A stretch of 48,777 nucleotides of DNA from Nanobdellota archaeon (GTDB taxonomy: Archaea > Nanobdellota > Nanobdellia > Woesearchaeales > SKGA01), in assembly GCA_051819745.1 (NCBI GenBank), contig JBNJGO010000005.1, positions 1 to 48,777 on the forward strand. The letters are read 5' to 3'. Each line of letters begins with the position of its first letter. Positions within the stretch are counted from its first letter, which is position 1. Position numbers and translations under genes: made by a program. The notes under the pieces were generated by a model. It did no database searches. It was not told the origin of the DNA and saw nothing but the letters and a program-made list of their open reading frames with translations. Shown piece by piece: positions 46,418 through 48,777 of this stretch.

Positions 46418-48777
46418 CTAAATAAGGCTAGCAAGTGGATGGCTTGGCTCGATATTCGATGAAGGGCGTGGCAAGCTGCGAAAAGTTCCGGCGAGGTGCA
46501 TGCAACCTTTGAACCGGAAATACCCGAATGCGACTTCGCTTTAAACCCTACTGGGTGGACAACGGGGGGAACTGAAACGTCTTAGTACCCTCAGGAAAAG
46601 AAACCAATGGGATGCTGTTAGTAAGAGCGACTGAACACAGCATAGGGCAAACTGAATCCGCTGTAGAAATACGGTGGAGATGTGGTGTTGGCCGCTGTTG
46701 AATCTTCGTCGAACTATTTGAATTTTTCTGGAACGAAAAGCCATAGAGGGTGATAGCCCCGTAAAAGAACTTCGAAAAGATTTTGGCGTGTCCGAGAGTA
46801 GTGTCTACTGGAAACTAGGCATGAATGTGGGAGACATCAACTTCCAACCCTAAATATACGTCGAGACCGATAGTGAATAGTACCGTGAGGGAAAGCTGAA
46901 AAGTACTCTTGACAGAGAGTTAAAAGTCCTGAAACTTGTTAGTTATGGTGGGATGCTCATCTTCGGATGTGCATCGTGCGTTTTGAATAACGTGCCAGGG
47001 AGTGTGTCTGAGTGGCGAGATTAATCTCGAACAGAGTAGTCGTAGGGAAACCGAGACCCCGCAGTTTACGAGGGGGGAGGTGTGAAAGTGCCTTAAGTCA
47101 CTTGGATACTACCCGAAGCCGGTCGATCTATTCCTGGGCAAGGTGAAGCGTTGGTAACACGACGTGGAGGCCTGAAGAAGTGCTACGAGCAAGTGCTTTT
47201 CTGACCTGGGAATAGGGGTGAAAAGCCAATCGAGACCGGTAATAGCTGGTTCCTGCCGAAATTGGCCGTAGTCAAGCCTCGATTGAGATTACAAAGAAGG
47301 TAGAGAAACGGATGAGGGATTTAGGGGAAGAAATTCCTCGGTTCCTTTTCCAACTCCGAATGTTTTTGTATTGTAGAAATCGGGAGACGGCGGCTCGTCG
47401 TAACGGTGAGTCGCGAGAGGGAAACAACCCCTACTTCAGTTAAGGTCCCTAAATACTTACTAAGTGTTAAAGGGTGAAGGTTGTCTATAACCACAGACAG
47501 CGAGGAGGTTGGCTTAGAAGCAGCCATCCTTTAAAAAGTGCGTAACAGCTTACTTGTCAAGGTTATAGGTGCCGAAGATGGACGGGACTAAGTAAGTTAC
47601 CGATACTGAAGGCCTCAGAAATGAGCGCGGTAGGCAGGCGTATTGTCAGAGTGAAAGCATGTTCGCGAGAATATGTGAATCTGGCTATAATGAAAATCCT
47701 GGTGAGAGTAGGAACATAGCAGTGTGAGAATCACTGTCGCCGAAAGGGCAAGGGTTCCTTGACAATGTAAATCAGTCAAGGGTAAGTCGATCCTAATCGC
47801 CTTCATAACTAGAAGATGCGAGAAAGGGAAACAGGTTAATATTCCTGTACTATTTGAATATGTTGTGGCAACACGTGCCTTGTTTTTGACACTTCCGGCT
47901 AGACCAACAAGCATTGTCGTGTTTGCTAATAAGTGCATGTTAAGGGAGTAACGTAATGTTGAGAACTTAGCTAACGCTTAGAATGGTGGGCTGTATGGTC
48001 CATTTGGTTAATGCCAGGAGTCCTTGAAAAGAAAACAAGGAAAGATTTCAAATATTCGTACCCAGAACCAGCACAGGTGCCCCTAGGTGAGAAGCTTAAG
48101 GTGTGAAGGGATAATCTAGCTAAGGGAATTCAGCAATATTGGCCCTGTACCTTCGGTATAAAGGGTCCCTACTTTTGTTTTCGTATGAATGCGATTGTAG
48201 GGTTTGATGACTAAGGTAGTCCGACTGTTTAACAAAAACGTAACTGACTGCGAGCCAGTAATGGTGTGTATAGTCGGTGACGTCTGCCCAGTGCCTGTAC
48301 TTTAACCTCCTTTCCAAAGGAGTGAAGAGCTGGTAAACGGCGGGGGTAACTATAACTCTCTTAAGGTAACAAAATGCCTTGCCGTTTGATTGACGGCCTG
48401 CATGAATGGCGTAACGTGATTGCCGCTGTCCCTAGCTAGAACCCTCCGAACACTCTTTTCTGGTGCAAAAGCCAGAGAATTCCAGTGGGAAGCGAAGACC
48501 CCGTGAAACTTTACTGTAGCCAGTCGTTGTGACGGGAAATTCATTGTATAGCGTAAATGGTAGCTGTTTAAGCAAGGTCGCAAGGTCTTGTGTAGGCGAC
48601 AATGTAACACCATTCTTTGAGTTTCGCGCCGCTAACCGATATTGTCGGGACAGCTGCTGGTGGACAGTTTGGCTGGGATGGCACGCCGTTGAAAAAGTAT
48701 CAATGGCGCCCAAAGGTTGGCTCAACCGGGTCAGAAATCCGGTGTAGAGCGCAAGAGTAAAAGCCAGCCTAACTGGA
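46418..48777 (+). rRNA. rrl: 23S ribosomal RNA (partial, runs off the window in domain V)
   Basis: GTGGATGGCTTGGCTC, GAACTGAAAC-x-TCTTAGTA, AGTACCGTGAGGGAAAG, GGTAACTATAAC H69, GAAGACCCCGTG. 5' end approximate. Confidence 0.97.

Overview
Archaeal chromosomal fragment, most likely a DPANN archaeon of the Nanoarchaeota/Woesearchaeota group. The 16S 5' end reads TTCCCGTTGATCCTGCGGGA, promoters are BRE/TATA type, and ribosome-binding sites are GAGGTG. Positions 1-24.7 kb are a large cell-surface locus: a >2,950-aa Ig-like/DUF2341/LamG/CARDB adhesin (5'-truncated), four more secreted or anchored proteins, an oppositely oriented MoxR AAA+ / DUF58 / VWA operon, two small paralogous secreted proteins and a membrane-anchored S-layer-like protein. 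One uncharacterised ~170-aa beta domain appears as the whole of the two small proteins, as the C-terminus of the giant adhesin and as the N-terminus of a 551-aa protein. This suggests a non-type-IV pilus/filament system (shaft, tip adhesin, base) with a dedicated MoxR-VWA chaperone, which is inference and not proven. Positions 24.8-43.7 kb carry housekeeping genes: nitroreductase, XPD/Rad3 helicase, truD, adk, a bacterial-type lspA, histidine phosphatase, aIF-1A, RDD, sppA, ftsZ-secE-spt5 (secE is absent from the ORF track), a DsbA/GILT-like oxidoreductase, grpE-dnaK-dnaJ and a PUA protein. From 43.9 kb to the end is an rRNA operon (16S, tRNA-Ala(TGC), partial 23S) with unusual spacer repeats and substitutions at normally conserved rRNA positions. 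All protein family calls come from motif recognition by eye, and no database searches were run.
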